Positions 26,943 to 36,033 of a stretch of 64,000 nt of DNA are shown piece by piece (the first letter of the stretch is position 1; every line of letters starts with the position of its first letter). This DNA comes from Thermoleophilaceae bacterium (GTDB taxonomy: Bacteria; Actinomycetota; Thermoleophilia; Solirubrobacterales; Thermoleophilaceae). The position numbers and the translations under genes were made by a program. The notes beneath the pieces were generated by a model. The model worked only from the letters and a program-made list of their open reading frames with translations. It was not told the DNA's origin and made no database searches. The DNA lies in the NCBI GenBank assembly GCA_037721005.1, contig JBBJNU010000001.1:782-64781 (forward strand), read 5' to 3'.

Positions 26943-28655
26943 GTGCTCGCCCAGACCCCCTACGGCGGTGAGCTCGTCGATCTCGTGGTGGGCCACGAGA
27001 GAGCGGCCGAGCTGCACGAGGAGTCGCGTGATTGGCAGTCGTGGAGCCTCACTCCCAAGCAGCTCGCCGATCTCGAGCTGCTGCTCTGCGGCGCGTTCTC
27101 GCCGCTGCGGGGCTTCATGGCACAAGCCGACTACGAGTCGGTGCGCGACTCCATGCGCCTCGCCGACGGAACCCTGTGGCCCATCCCGATCACGCTCGGC
27201 CTGCCGGAGGAGATGGCGCAGGCGCTGAGCTCCGGCGACCGGGTGGCGCTACGCGATCCCGAGGGCGTGATGCTCGCGGCCATCTGCGTGCAGGACGTGT
27301 GGGCGCCCGACCGCGACCTTGAGGCCGAGCGGGTCTGGGGCACGACCGACCCCCGTCATCCCGGGGTGCGCCAGCTGATGGAGGGCATTGGCCGGCACTT
27401 CCTCGCGGGCGACCTCGAGGGCCTCGCCAAGCCCACGCACCACGATTTCATGGGGCTGAGGCTCAGCCCCGCGGAGGTGCGCGCCGAGATCGAGCGGCGC
27501 GGCTGGGAGCGGGTGGTGGCTCTCAGCACGCGCAACGCGATGCACCGCGCGCACCAGGAGCTCACGCTGCGCGTGGCCGAGGAGCTCGGGGCCGGGGTGC
27601 TCCTGCACCCGGTGGTCGGCCCGCTGCGCACGGGCGACGTGGACCACTTCACCCGCATCCGAACCCTCCAGGCCCTACTCGCGCGCTACCCCACGGACGC
27701 CGCGATGCTCGCACTGCTTGGGCTGGCGATGAGGGCGGCCGGCCCCCGCGAGGCCCTTTTTCACGCGATCATCCGCCGCAACTTCGGGGCCACCCACCTC
27801 TTCGTGAGCGAGAACTACGCCGGGCCCGGAGAGGACGCCGGTGGGCCGTTCCACGGACCGGACGAGGCCAAGGACGCTCTGCGTGAGCACGAAGAGGAGG
27901 TCGGCGTGACGATGGTGCCCTTCGAGACGCTCGTCTGGGCCCCGGACCGCGGCGCCTTCGTAAGCGAGGACGAGCTCGAGGACTCCGAGACCGTGCTCTC
28001 GATCTCCGACTCCGGCCTGCAGGAGCATCTCGAGTTCGGCCGCGAGCTACCCGAGTGGTTCACGCCGCCCGAGGTGGCCCGCGAGCTCCGTCGCGCCCGA
28101 CCGCCGCGGTCGCGCCAGGGGTTCACGGTGTTCATGACCGGCCTGTCGGGCTCGGGCAAGTCCACGGTGGCCAACGCACTCATGGCCCGGCTCCTCGAGC
28201 TGGGCGACCGCAACGCCACGCTGCTGGACGGCGATGTGGTTCGCCACCACCTCTCGTCAGAGCTCGGGTTCTCGCGCGAGCACCGCGAGATCAACGTGCG
28301 CCGGATCGGATGGGTGGCCTCGGAGATCACGAAGAACGGCGGCGTGGCCGTCTGTGCCCCCATCGCCCCCTACCGCGCGGTGCGCGACGACGTGCGGCGG
28401 ATGATCGAGCCGGCGGGCGGCTACATGCTGGTGCACGTATCCACGCCCCTTGACGTCTGCGAGGGCCGCGACCGCAAGGGCCTCTACGCCAAGGCCCGCG
28501 CCGGCAAGCTCAAGCAGTTCACCGGCATCTCGGACCCCTATGAGGAACCTACCGACGCCGAGGTCACGATCGACACCACGCGGACGAACGCCGCGGACGG
28601 CGCGCAGGCGATTCTCGACCACCTGGTCGCCGAGGGCTACCTGAAGGCCTCCTAG
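26943..28655 (+). CDS. sat: bifunctional sulfate adenylyltransferase / adenylylsulfate kinase
   Basis: The N-terminal ATP sulfurylase part has QxRNxxHRAH-like NAMHRAHQEL. The C-terminal APS kinase has the P-loop GLSGSGKSTVA. Confidence 0.88.
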   Translation: MLAQTPYGGELVDLVVGHERAAELHEESRDWQSWSLTPKQLADLELLLCGAFSPLRGFMAQADYESVRDSMRLADGTLWPIPITLGLPEEMAQALSSGDRVALRDPEGVMLAAICVQDVWAPDRDLEAERVWGTTDPRHPGVRQLMEGIGRHFLAGDLEGLAKPTHHDFMGLRLSPAEVRAEIERRGWERVVALSTRNAMHRAHQELTLRVAEELGAGVLLHPVVGPLRTGDVDHFTRIRTLQALLARYPTDAAMLALLGLAMRAAGPREALFHAIIRRNFGATHLFVSENYAGPGEDAGGPFHGPDEAKDALREHEEEVGVTMVPFETLVWAPDRGAFVSEDELEDSETVLSISDSGLQEHLEFGRELPEWFTPPEVARELRRARPPRSRQGFTVFMTGLSGSGKSTVANALMARLLELGDRNATLLDGDVVRHHLSSELGFSREHREINVRRIGWVASEITKNGGVAVCAPIAPYRAVRDDVRRMIEPAGGYMLVHVSTPLDVCEGRDRKGLYAKARAGKLKQFTGISDPYEEPTDAEVTIDTTRTNAADGAQAILDHLVAEGYLKAS

Positions 28656-29728
28656 AGGAGGCCGTCCAGCGCCGCCAGGAAGAGGTCGTTCTGCTCCCGC
28701 GTGCCGTAGGTGACCCGCAGGTTGCCCTCCTCACCCAACGCCCGCCCTGCCCGCACGATCACGCCCCGGTCGGCCAGTCCGCTCACTATCGCGTCCTCGT
28801 CACGGTCGACCAGCGAGACCCACGAGAAGTTGGCCTGGCTTTCGGTGCTCTCCAGGCCGCGGTCGGCGAGCTCTGACTCCACGTGCACGCGCTCCACCAC
28901 GGTGTGCTCGATCCGCCGCTCGACCTCGTCCACGTGGCGGATGGCCTCAGCCGCGGCAGCCTGGGCCAGGGCGTTCACGGAGAAGGGCTGGCGCACCCGG
29001 TCGACGGCGAGGCGGAAGGCCTCGGAGCCGATCGCGTAGCCGGCGCGCAGCCCGCACAGGCCGTAGATCTTGGAGAACGTGCGCAGGACCACGAGGTTGG
29101 CGTGCTTCTTGAGCAGGTCGATCGACTCCCCCGGGTCCTGCAGCAGGTTGAACTCCACGTAGGCCTCGTCGAGGATCACCGCCACGTGTCGCGGCAGGCG
29201 TGCCACGAAGGCGTCGATCTCGTCGATCCCGACCGCCGTGGCCGTGGGGTTGTTCGGGTTGCACACCAGCACGAGGCGGGTGGCCGCGTTCACCTCTCGC
29301 GCCATCGCGTCGAGGTCGTGGACCCCGTGGCCGTCGAGCGGCACCTCGACCGCCCGGGCGCCCGACTGCGCGGCCAGGTGGGGGTACATCGAGAACGACG
29401 GCCAGGCGTACACGATCTCCGCCCCGGGCTCGAGCAGGGCCTCGGCGGCGGCCATCAGGATCTCGCATGAGCCATTGCCGACGGCGACCTTCGCCATCGG
29501 CACATCGCAGCGATCGGCGATGCGGCGCCGCAGCGCCGACTTGGCCGGGTCCGGGTAGCGGTTCAGCGTCTCGAGCTGACCCTGGATCGCGCCAATCACC
29601 GCCGGGGGCGGCCCCCACGGGGTCTCATTGGAGGCCAGCATGATCAGGCCATCGTCAGTGCCGTAGCTCGCCGCGGCCGGGTACACCGGGATCGACTCCA
29701 GGCGGCGGTTGAACTCCACCCCGCTCAC
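28652..29728 (-). CDS. hisC: histidinol-phosphate/aromatic aminotransferase (class II PLP aminotransferase)
   Basis: The GTG at 29728 overlaps the aroH TGA (GTGA). LASNETPWGPP, DEAYVEF and RTFSKIYGLCGLRAGY (PLP Lys) motifs. The longer track ORF N-terminus is shadow over aroH. Confidence 0.8.
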   Translation of the reverse strand: MSGVEFNRRLESIPVYPAAASYGTDDGLIMLASNETPWGPPPAVIGAIQGQLETLNRYPDPAKSALRRRIADRCDVPMAKVAVGNGSCEILMAAAEALLEPGAEIVYAWPSFSMYPHLAAQSGARAVEVPLDGHGVHDLDAMAREVNAATRLVLVCNPNNPTATAVGIDEIDAFVARLPRHVAVILDEAYVEFNLLQDPGESIDLLKKHANLVVLRTFSKIYGLCGLRAGYAIGSEAFRLAVDRVRQPFSVNALAQAAAAEAIRHVDEVERRIEHTVVERVHVESELADRGLESTESQANFSWVSLVDRDEDAIVSGLADRGVIVRAGRALGEEGNLRVTYGTREQNDLFLAALDGLL

Positions 29729-30090
29729 TGCGCCCCCTCGAGGTCGCGCCGCAGGGCCACGGCCTCGCGTAGGTAGACGTGCTGGGCGGGGCGCTCGGGG
29801 TCCGCGTAGCAGTGCAGCATGAGCCGGATGGTGAGCGGGAGCGACCCAGGCACGGCAAGCTCGCGCGTGCAGAGCAGGGGCACGGCCCCGAGGCCGAGGT
29901 TGCGGGCGGCCACGGCGGGGAACTCGGCGTCGAGGTCCTCCGTGCAGGTGAAGATGCACGACACCATGTCGGCGGGGTCGAGCTCGTTGCGCTCCATCAC
30001 GGCGCTCACGAGCTCAGAGGTGGCTTCAAGGATGGCCTGAGCGTCGTTGGACCCCACGGTGGTTGCGCCCCTGAGCGCGCGTAGCTTCAC
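29725..30090 (-). CDS. aroH: chorismate mutase, AroH class
   Basis: 121 aa; LRALRGATTV N-terminus and ...CIFTCTEDL...FPA... are typical of the AroH trimer type. Confidence 0.85.
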   Translation of the reverse strand: MKLRALRGATTVGSNDAQAILEATSELVSAVMERNELDPADMVSCIFTCTEDLDAEFPAVAARNLGLGAVPLLCTRELAVPGSLPLTIRLMLHCYADPERPAQHVYLREAVALRRDLEGAQ

Positions 30091-30112
30091 GCGGCGCAGT
30101 TAAGCAACCTGG

Positions 30113-30463
30113 TCAGGCGGGCGTGCGCAGCGAAAGGCCATCCACTCGCTCGAAGTGGCCTACGTTGCGGGTCATCAGCTCCAGGCCGCGCTCGAGCGCC
30201 GTGGCCGCGATCAACGCGTCGGGCAGCGCGAGTTGGGTGGTCCGGCGAACAAGCCCCGCCCGTTCTGCCGTCGCGCGGTCAACGGGGTGTTCTGAGAAGG
30301 GCGCGAGCAGCAGATCGATGCCAGCGCGGTCCGCCTCGCGGCCGGAAAGCAACTCAGCGCGAGTGACCACCGAGTAGGCCAGCCGGTCTTCGCCGGGATC
30401 TATGCGCCGGAAAGCCCGGAGGTGATCGATGAAGACATCTGTGTCCACGAGCAGTTCATCCAT
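30113..30463 (-). CDS. vapC: PIN-domain toxin (VapC family)
   Basis: 116 aa; LLVDTDVFIDHL N-terminal acidic motif, ...DALIAATAL..., TRNVGHF C-terminal motif. Confidence 0.75.
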   Translation of the reverse strand: MDELLVDTDVFIDHLRAFRRIDPGEDRLAYSVVTRAELLSGREADRAGIDLLLAPFSEHPVDRATAERAGLVRRTTQLALPDALIAATALERGLELMTRNVGHFERVDGLSLRTPA

Positions 30464-30683
30464 ACCCGCGGTCCCACTCGTCGCGGGAGGGGACCTCGAG
30501 GTCGGGCAGCGCCCCGTAGGTGGCGTCCAGTGCCTCCTGAACGCCGGCCCCGCTTGCCTCGGTGTAGGAGTCCACCGCGGCGCGGATCACCGCGGCGAGC
30601 GACCTTCCGTCGCGGCGGCGGATCGCGTCGATCCGGGCCCGCTGGAGCTCGGTTAGGTAGATCTGAGTGCGCGTAGACGCCAT
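30456..30683 (-). CDS. vapB: ribbon-helix-helix (CopG-like) antitoxin
   Basis: MASTRTQIYLTELQRARIDAIRRRDGRSLAAVIRAAV is an RHH beta-strand plus two helices. Overlaps vapC by 8 nt. The track start at 30704 is also possible. Confidence 0.65.
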   Translation of the reverse strand: MASTRTQIYLTELQRARIDAIRRRDGRSLAAVIRAAVDSYTEASGAGVQEALDATYGALPDLEVPSRDEWDRGYG

Positions 30684-30708
30684 ATACAGCACAGCATACA
30701 TCAAGTGC

Positions 30709-31404
30709 TCAATCTGTGGCGCCTCGCAACCGCTCGATCTCGTTCGCGGTCAGCCGACGTGAGGTCCCCGGTGCGAGCCCGTCCAAGCGCAACGGCCCGA
30801 AGGCGATGCGCTCGAGGCCGGCCACGTGGTGGCCTACGGCCTCGCACATCCGCCTCACCTGGCGCTTCTTGCCCTCGCTGATCGTGAGCTCGATCACCCC
30901 TGGCCCGGCGCGCCGCACCCGGGCGGGAGCGGTGCGCCCGTCCTCGAGCTGTACCCCCTCGCGTAGCGAGCGCAGCGCTCGCTCACCCACCAGGGGCGGT
31001 TTCACCTTCACCCGGTAGGTCTTTTGGACGCCGTAGCGCGGGTGCGTGAGGCGGTCGGCCAGCTCGCCGTCGTTGCTGAGCAGGATGAGGCCGGTGGTGT
31101 CGGCGTCCAACCGGCCCACCGGATAGAGACGCAGCTCCGAGTCGATCAGGTCGACCACGGTGGGGCGGCCGTGTGTGTCCTTTGCGGTCGAGACGACCCC
31201 CGCGGGTTTGTTCAGCACGTACACCTCGCGCCGCTCTGGCGAGACCGGGGCACCGTTCACCGCCACCTTGCTCGTCTCGTCCACGTCGCGGGCCGGATCG
31301 GTCACCTGCCTGCCCCCCACGGTCACGCGACCATCGGCGATCAGCTGCTCGGCCGCTCTGCGCGAGGCCACGCCTGCGTGAGCCAGGTACTTCCCTAGGC
31401 GCAC
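30709..31404 (-). CDS. rluB: pseudouridine synthase, RsuA/RluB family with S4 domain
   Basis: N-terminal S4 domain (RLGKYLAHAGVASRR) and catalytic GRLDADTTGLILL motif. Confidence 0.85.
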   Translation of the reverse strand: MRLGKYLAHAGVASRRAAEQLIADGRVTVGGRQVTDPARDVDETSKVAVNGAPVSPERREVYVLNKPAGVVSTAKDTHGRPTVVDLIDSELRLYPVGRLDADTTGLILLSNDGELADRLTHPRYGVQKTYRVKVKPPLVGERALRSLREGVQLEDGRTAPARVRRAGPGVIELTISEGKKRQVRRMCEAVGHHVAGLERIAFGPLRLDGLAPGTSRRLTANEIERLRGATD

Positions 31405-31409
31405 CGAGC

Positions 31410-32390
31410 CTAGGCGGCGGACGCGCCGGTGGGTGCGGGCTCGGTGTGCGAAGGACCGCGCTCACGAAACCAGTCGATGGTGCGCTGCAGCCCGTCCTCG
31501 AGCGAGGTCGACGCCTGGAAGCCGAACCTGTCGAGCGCCCGTGACGTGTCGAGCGCCCGGCGCGGCTGACCATCGGGCTTGGTGGGATCCCAGCGCAACC
31601 GCCCCTCGAAACCGACGAGCCTCGCGATCGTCTCCGTGAGGTCCTTGATGGTTATCTCGCTCGAGGCGCCCACGTTCACCGGCTCCGGGCCGTCGAGACG
31701 CTCCGTGGCGGCCACGATCGCCTCCGCGCAGTCGTCCACGTAGAGAAACTCCCGCGACGCCGACCCCGTGCCCCAGCAGTCCACATGTCCGGCGCGCGTG
31801 ATGCGTGCCTCCTCGCACTTGCGGATGAGGGCGGGGATCACGTGGCTCGAGTGCAGATCGAAGTTGTCACCCGGCCCGTAGAGGTTCACCGGCAGGAGGT
31901 ACACGCCGTTCAGTCCGTACTGCTCGCGGTAGGCCTGCAGCATCACCAGCAGCGCCTTCTTGGCCACCCCGTACGGCGCGTTGGTCTCCTCCGGATACCC
32001 GTTCCAGAGCTCGTCTTCGGTGAAGGGAACCGGGGTGTGCTTGGGGTAGGAGCACACCGTGCCCACCTGCACGTACTTGCTGACCCCCCGGCGCCGGGCC
32101 TCCTCGATCATGTTCAGTCCCATCGCCATGTTCGCGTAGAAGAAGCGCCCGGGGTTGTCGCGGTTGGCGCCGATGCCGCCCACCTCGGCGGCCAGGTGCA
32201 CCACGGTGGCCGGTTGGGCCGCCTCGTAGGCCCGGGCCACGGCGTCGGCCTCGATGAGATCGAACTCGCTTCGGCGTGGCACGAAAACCCCCGTGGCGCC
32301 GGCAGCCTCGAGGCGTTCACGCACCTGGGCGCCCAGGAAGCCCGAGCCGCCGGACAGCAGAATCCGCTTGCCGCGAACGTGGTCGGCCAT
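31410..32390 (-). CDS. fcl: GDP-L-fucose synthase (GDP-4-keto-6-deoxymannose epimerase/reductase)
   Basis: GGSGFLG Rossmann motif and [14 protein letters not shown] (YxxxK) in typical Fcl context. Confidence 0.85.
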   Translation of the reverse strand: MADHVRGKRILLSGGSGFLGAQVRERLEAAGATGVFVPRRSEFDLIEADAVARAYEAAQPATVVHLAAEVGGIGANRDNPGRFFYANMAMGLNMIEEARRRGVSKYVQVGTVCSYPKHTPVPFTEDELWNGYPEETNAPYGVAKKALLVMLQAYREQYGLNGVYLLPVNLYGPGDNFDLHSSHVIPALIRKCEEARITRAGHVDCWGTGSASREFLYVDDCAEAIVAATERLDGPEPVNVGASSEITIKDLTETIARLVGFEGRLRWDPTKPDGQPRRALDTSRALDRFGFQASTSLEDGLQRTIDWFRERGPSHTEPAPTGASAA

Positions 32391-32420
32391 GGTGGTTGAG
32401 GGTAGCTGCGCCGAGACTGC

Positions 32421-33806
32421 TCAGTCGGCCGGCAGGCCGGGAATCGCCCCGTTACGAAAGGCGTCCACAAAGCGCCGGTGGTCGTCGCGCACGAGCTGTG
32501 AGTAGTCCGCGCCGAAGGCCGCCAACTCGGAGGCGAAGGCCTCCTCCTCCCCGCCCACCTTGCCCATGATCGCCTCCTCGGTCTGGAAGTCCACCAGGGC
32601 CTGCTCGTTGCCTGCGTCGGACACGCAGTGGATCTTGGCCGTGGCCTTTCCGAGCCAGCCCACGAGGGGAAGGATCTCGTCGGGCTCGGCCACCAGGCCC
32701 CAGTCGAGATCGGCCACGTGTGGCGAGAGCTCGGACACCACGTAGCCCTCCTCGCGCAGCTCGCACCAGCCGAGCCAGGGGTCCGCGTGGGCCTGCAGCG
32801 CACGCTGGGACACCGCCGTGCGGTGCCCCTGATGATCGAAGTACTCGGCTATGTCCTTGTCGGTGACCACCGCGCTGAGCGCAGCTACGTTGCCCTGCTT
32901 CATCGAGAGCACGACATCGTTCTCGAGGGCCTGTGTGCGGCCCTCGATCAACAGGTTGTAGGCCGGCAGCCCGGCGCTCCCGATTCCGAAGCCGGTACGC
33001 CCCACGATGTCCTTCACGGTGTAGGTCACGCTGTCTTCGCGCTTGGTCTCGGGAATCGTCTCGAGGTAGTGCTGGTAGGCGGCGTAGACCTCTCCCTGCT
33101 CGTCCGCTCCCAGGCGCCGCACGCCGCTGCCCTCGCGAAAGCGTCGCTCGTGATCGGCAATGGAGGTGAGGGAGTCGAGCAGCCCCACCTGGGTCTTCAT
33201 CCGGGCCTCGAGCAGCACGGCGTGCACGGCGCCGTCGGTGTTGTCGAGGGTGAGGCGGAAGTCCTCGTCCTTGTCGCCCTCGTGGAAGGCCTCCACCTGG
33301 GCGATGTAGCTCCCGACGTAGTTCTCGATCGTCTCCTTGATGGTCTGGTCCGACAGGGCTTTCGAGAAGCCGAGCAGCCCGAGGCTGGCGGCCATGCGGC
33401 GAAGGTCCCAGGTGAAGTGGCCGAGGTAGGCCTCGTCGAAGTCGTTCACGTCGAACACGAGCACGCCGTCGGAGCTCATGTAGGTGCCGTAGTTCTCGGC
33501 GTGCAGGTCCCCCTGTATCCAGACCCGCGAGGTGCGCTTGTCCGCAAAGCGGTCCGGGAGCGTGTCCATGTCCGAGTAGAAGAGATATGCGCTGCCTCTG
33601 TAGAAGGCAAACGGGTCGGCGGCCATCTTGCGGAACTTGCGCCGGAAGGCGCGCGGGTCGTTCTCGATGAGGCGCGAGAACGCCTCCGAGAGCACCGTGA
33701 CGATGTGCTCCTGGCGCGACTCGTCGTCGCCCACGAGCTGTTCGAGCTCTTCCACGGCCTCCACTCTAGGCTCCGCGGGGATGGATCTCGAGCTGCTCGA
33801 CCGCAC
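32421..33806 (-). CDS. DUF2252-family protein
   Basis: ...PFAFYRGSA..., GDLHAENYG and VFDVNDFDE motifs characteristic of DUF2252. The start may be GTG 33764. Confidence 0.7.
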   Translation of the reverse strand: MRSSSSRSIPAEPRVEAVEELEQLVGDDESRQEHIVTVLSEAFSRLIENDPRAFRRKFRKMAADPFAFYRGSAYLFYSDMDTLPDRFADKRTSRVWIQGDLHAENYGTYMSSDGVLVFDVNDFDEAYLGHFTWDLRRMAASLGLLGFSKALSDQTIKETIENYVGSYIAQVEAFHEGDKDEDFRLTLDNTDGAVHAVLLEARMKTQVGLLDSLTSIADHERRFREGSGVRRLGADEQGEVYAAYQHYLETIPETKREDSVTYTVKDIVGRTGFGIGSAGLPAYNLLIEGRTQALENDVVLSMKQGNVAALSAVVTDKDIAEYFDHQGHRTAVSQRALQAHADPWLGWCELREEGYVVSELSPHVADLDWGLVAEPDEILPLVGWLGKATAKIHCVSDAGNEQALVDFQTEEAIMGKVGGEEEAFASELAAFGADYSQLVRDDHRRFVDAFRNGAIPGLPAD

Positions 33807-34812
33807 CCTCGGCGAGATGGGCGAACCCGCCTTCCGCGCCAGGCAGGTGTGGGAGTGGACGGCGGGCGGGGCTGCCTCCTACGAGCGGATGACCAACCTG
33901 CCCGAGCCCCTGCGCCGCGCCCTGGCCGAGCGCGTGCCCATCTCGTCACTCACCGTGGAGCACGAGGCCCTCTCGTCCGATGGCACGGAGAAGGCCCTCT
34001 TTCACACGGGCGACGGCCGGCCTATCGAGACGGTGCTCATGCGCTATAGGGGTTCGAAGGATTCGGCATCCATGCCAAATTCTTCCCGCGGGCGGCGCTC
34101 GCTGTGTCTCTCGAGCCAGTCGGGGTGTCCGCTCACCTGCACGTTCTGCGCCACGGGCACCATGGCCTTCGGGCGCAACCTCAGTGCCTCGGAGATCCTC
34201 GACCAGGCCCTGCACTTCCGGCGCAAGGAGCCGGTGGACCATGTGGTGTTCATGGGGATGGGCGAGCCGCTACTCAACCTCGACGGCGTGCTGGGGGCCT
34301 GCGAGCGGTTGCCCGAGATCGGCATCCACCCCTCGAGCACCACGATCTCCACCGTCGGCTGGATCCCCGGGATCGAGCGCCTCGCCGAGCGCGACGGGCC
34401 CACGATCCGCCTGGCCCTCTCCCTGCACGCTCCCGACGATGCCCTTCGCTCGGAGCTCATGCCCGTGAACGACCGCTACCCGCTGGCCGACGTGCTCGAC
34501 GCGTGCCGGCGCTGGCACGAGGCGCGCAAGCGTAAGGTGTACGTGGAGTACCTGATGCTCTCGGGCGTGAACGACAGCTACGAGCAGGCGCTTGCGCTTG
34601 CGGCGGTGCTGGAGCCACGGGGCGCGTTCAAGGTGAACCTCATCCCCTACAACCCGACCGACTCGGGCTTCGAAGGCTCGAGCCGTGAGGCCATCGCCAC
34701 CTTCCGGGAGGCGCTGGAGGACAGGGGGGTGCCGGCTACGGTCAGACTGACGCGGGGGCGCGATATCCACGCCGCCTGCGGACAGTTGGCCGTGAGCGCC
34801 GCGGCTCGCTGA
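33781..34812 (+). CDS. rlmN: 23S rRNA/tRNA adenine-C2 methyltransferase (radical SAM)
   Basis: ATG 33781; FRARQVWEW N-terminus, radical-SAM CPLTCTFCATG and C-terminal DIHAACGQL. Confidence 0.9.
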   Translation: MDLELLDRTLGEMGEPAFRARQVWEWTAGGAASYERMTNLPEPLRRALAERVPISSLTVEHEALSSDGTEKALFHTGDGRPIETVLMRYRGSKDSASMPNSSRGRRSLCLSSQSGCPLTCTFCATGTMAFGRNLSASEILDQALHFRRKEPVDHVVFMGMGEPLLNLDGVLGACERLPEIGIHPSSTTISTVGWIPGIERLAERDGPTIRLALSLHAPDDALRSELMPVNDRYPLADVLDACRRWHEARKRKVYVEYLMLSGVNDSYEQALALAAVLEPRGAFKVNLIPYNPTDSGFEGSSREAIATFREALEDRGVPATVRLTRGRDIHAACGQLAVSAAAR

Positions 34813-35038
34813 TCTGCGAGGCGCGCAGCTCCAGGAGCGCCAGCGGCCCGGCCGTACGCTCGAACGGATCGGCGAAGCCGGCACTGCCATCCAGCTTGAC
34901 CGCCGCCAGAAGCCGCCCACCGCTTTCGGCGAGCAACATCTGCGCGCCGTCATAGAGCGTGGAGTCCAGGCGCGCGAGCCGCCCCAGGTCGAGGGAGTCA
35001 CGGTGGGTCGAGAGCCGGATCGTGAGTTCGGTGTTCAT
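34742..35038 (-). CDS. small conserved-looking hypothetical protein coupled to the EamA transporter gene
   Basis: The ATG at 35038 overlaps the EamA stop (ATGA). High GC3 over the first 75 or so codons. The tail overlaps the convergent rlmN 3' end. Confidence 0.5.
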   Translation of the reverse strand: MNTELTIRLSTHRDSLDLGRLARLDSTLYDGAQMLLAESGGRLLAAVKLDGSAGFADPFERTAGPLALLELRASQISEPRRSRPTVRRRRGYRAPASV

Positions 35039-35979
35039 CGGGCAGCCTCCGGTGTGTTCGTTGGATGGGATCCGACGGCGACCACACGCGGCCGCCACGG
35101 CAGCCGGCCCTCAGCGCTGAGCCACGAGCCGCCGACGATCATCACGAGACCGGCGAACGTGGCGGGGCCGAAGGGCTCGCCGAGCAATGTGACTCCGTAG
35201 AGCACCGAGAAGCCCGGCGCCACGTAGGCCACGAGCGAGGACTTCGTGGGCCCGACCTCGGCGATCAGGGTGTAGAAGAGCACGAACGAGACGCCGGTGC
35301 CGAGCACGCCGAGTGCCGTCAGAGCGCCGATTGCCTTGGCGCCTGGGGTGTCGGCGGGCAGGGAGGCCAGCGCGAATGGCAGCGTCATGAGAGCACTCGT
35401 GCCCATCGATGCCGTGACCGCTCCGATCGGCTTGGTCCCGCCCATCTTGCGCCTGAAGTAGAAGGCCCCGAGCGCATAGCCCAGCGACGCCAGCACCACG
35501 AGCAACCCGCCGAGCAGGGCGGCGCCCTCGCCACCTGTTTCAACCCCGAGCAGCAGCACCACTCCGGAGATGCCCAGGACCACGCCCACGATGCTCACCG
35601 CGCGGGTGCGTTGCTCACGCTCGAGACGGATGGCCAGCAGGAAGGTGAAGATGGGCGCGGTGGCCACGAGTATTCCCGCGAGCGAGGAGGAGATCTCCTG
35701 CTGGCCGAACGAGATGAGCATGAACGGGGCAGCCACCTGGATCAGGGCGAGCACCACGACGATGCCGGCGCGTTCGCGCAGCCCCTCCAGGGCCCCGGTG
35801 CGAATCGCGAAGGGCAGCAGGATCATCGAGGCGAGGGCGGTACGCGCGCACACCACGACTGCCGGGGACACGTCCTCGAGCGCGACCTTGATGAACAGGT
35901 AGGAGGCCCCCCATAGGGCGGAGAGGGCGAGGAACTGGATCCAGGAGCGGCGAATCATGGGCTGGGTCGAATATGCCAA
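35035..35979 (-). CDS. EamA/DMT-family transporter
   Basis: 314 aa, ten hydrophobic helices, two EamA-like halves. Confidence 0.85.
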   Translation of the reverse strand: MAYSTQPMIRRSWIQFLALSALWGASYLFIKVALEDVSPAVVVCARTALASMILLPFAIRTGALEGLRERAGIVVVLALIQVAAPFMLISFGQQEISSSLAGILVATAPIFTFLLAIRLEREQRTRAVSIVGVVLGISGVVLLLGVETGGEGAALLGGLLVVLASLGYALGAFYFRRKMGGTKPIGAVTASMGTSALMTLPFALASLPADTPGAKAIGALTALGVLGTGVSFVLFYTLIAEVGPTKSSLVAYVAPGFSVLYGVTLLGEPFGPATFAGLVMIVGGSWLSAEGRLPWRPRVVAVGSHPTNTPEAAR

Positions 35980-36033
35980 GTGGGGCTCATTAGTTCAAAC
36001 GACGGCTACCACTACCTGCGATAAGGTGCCCTT

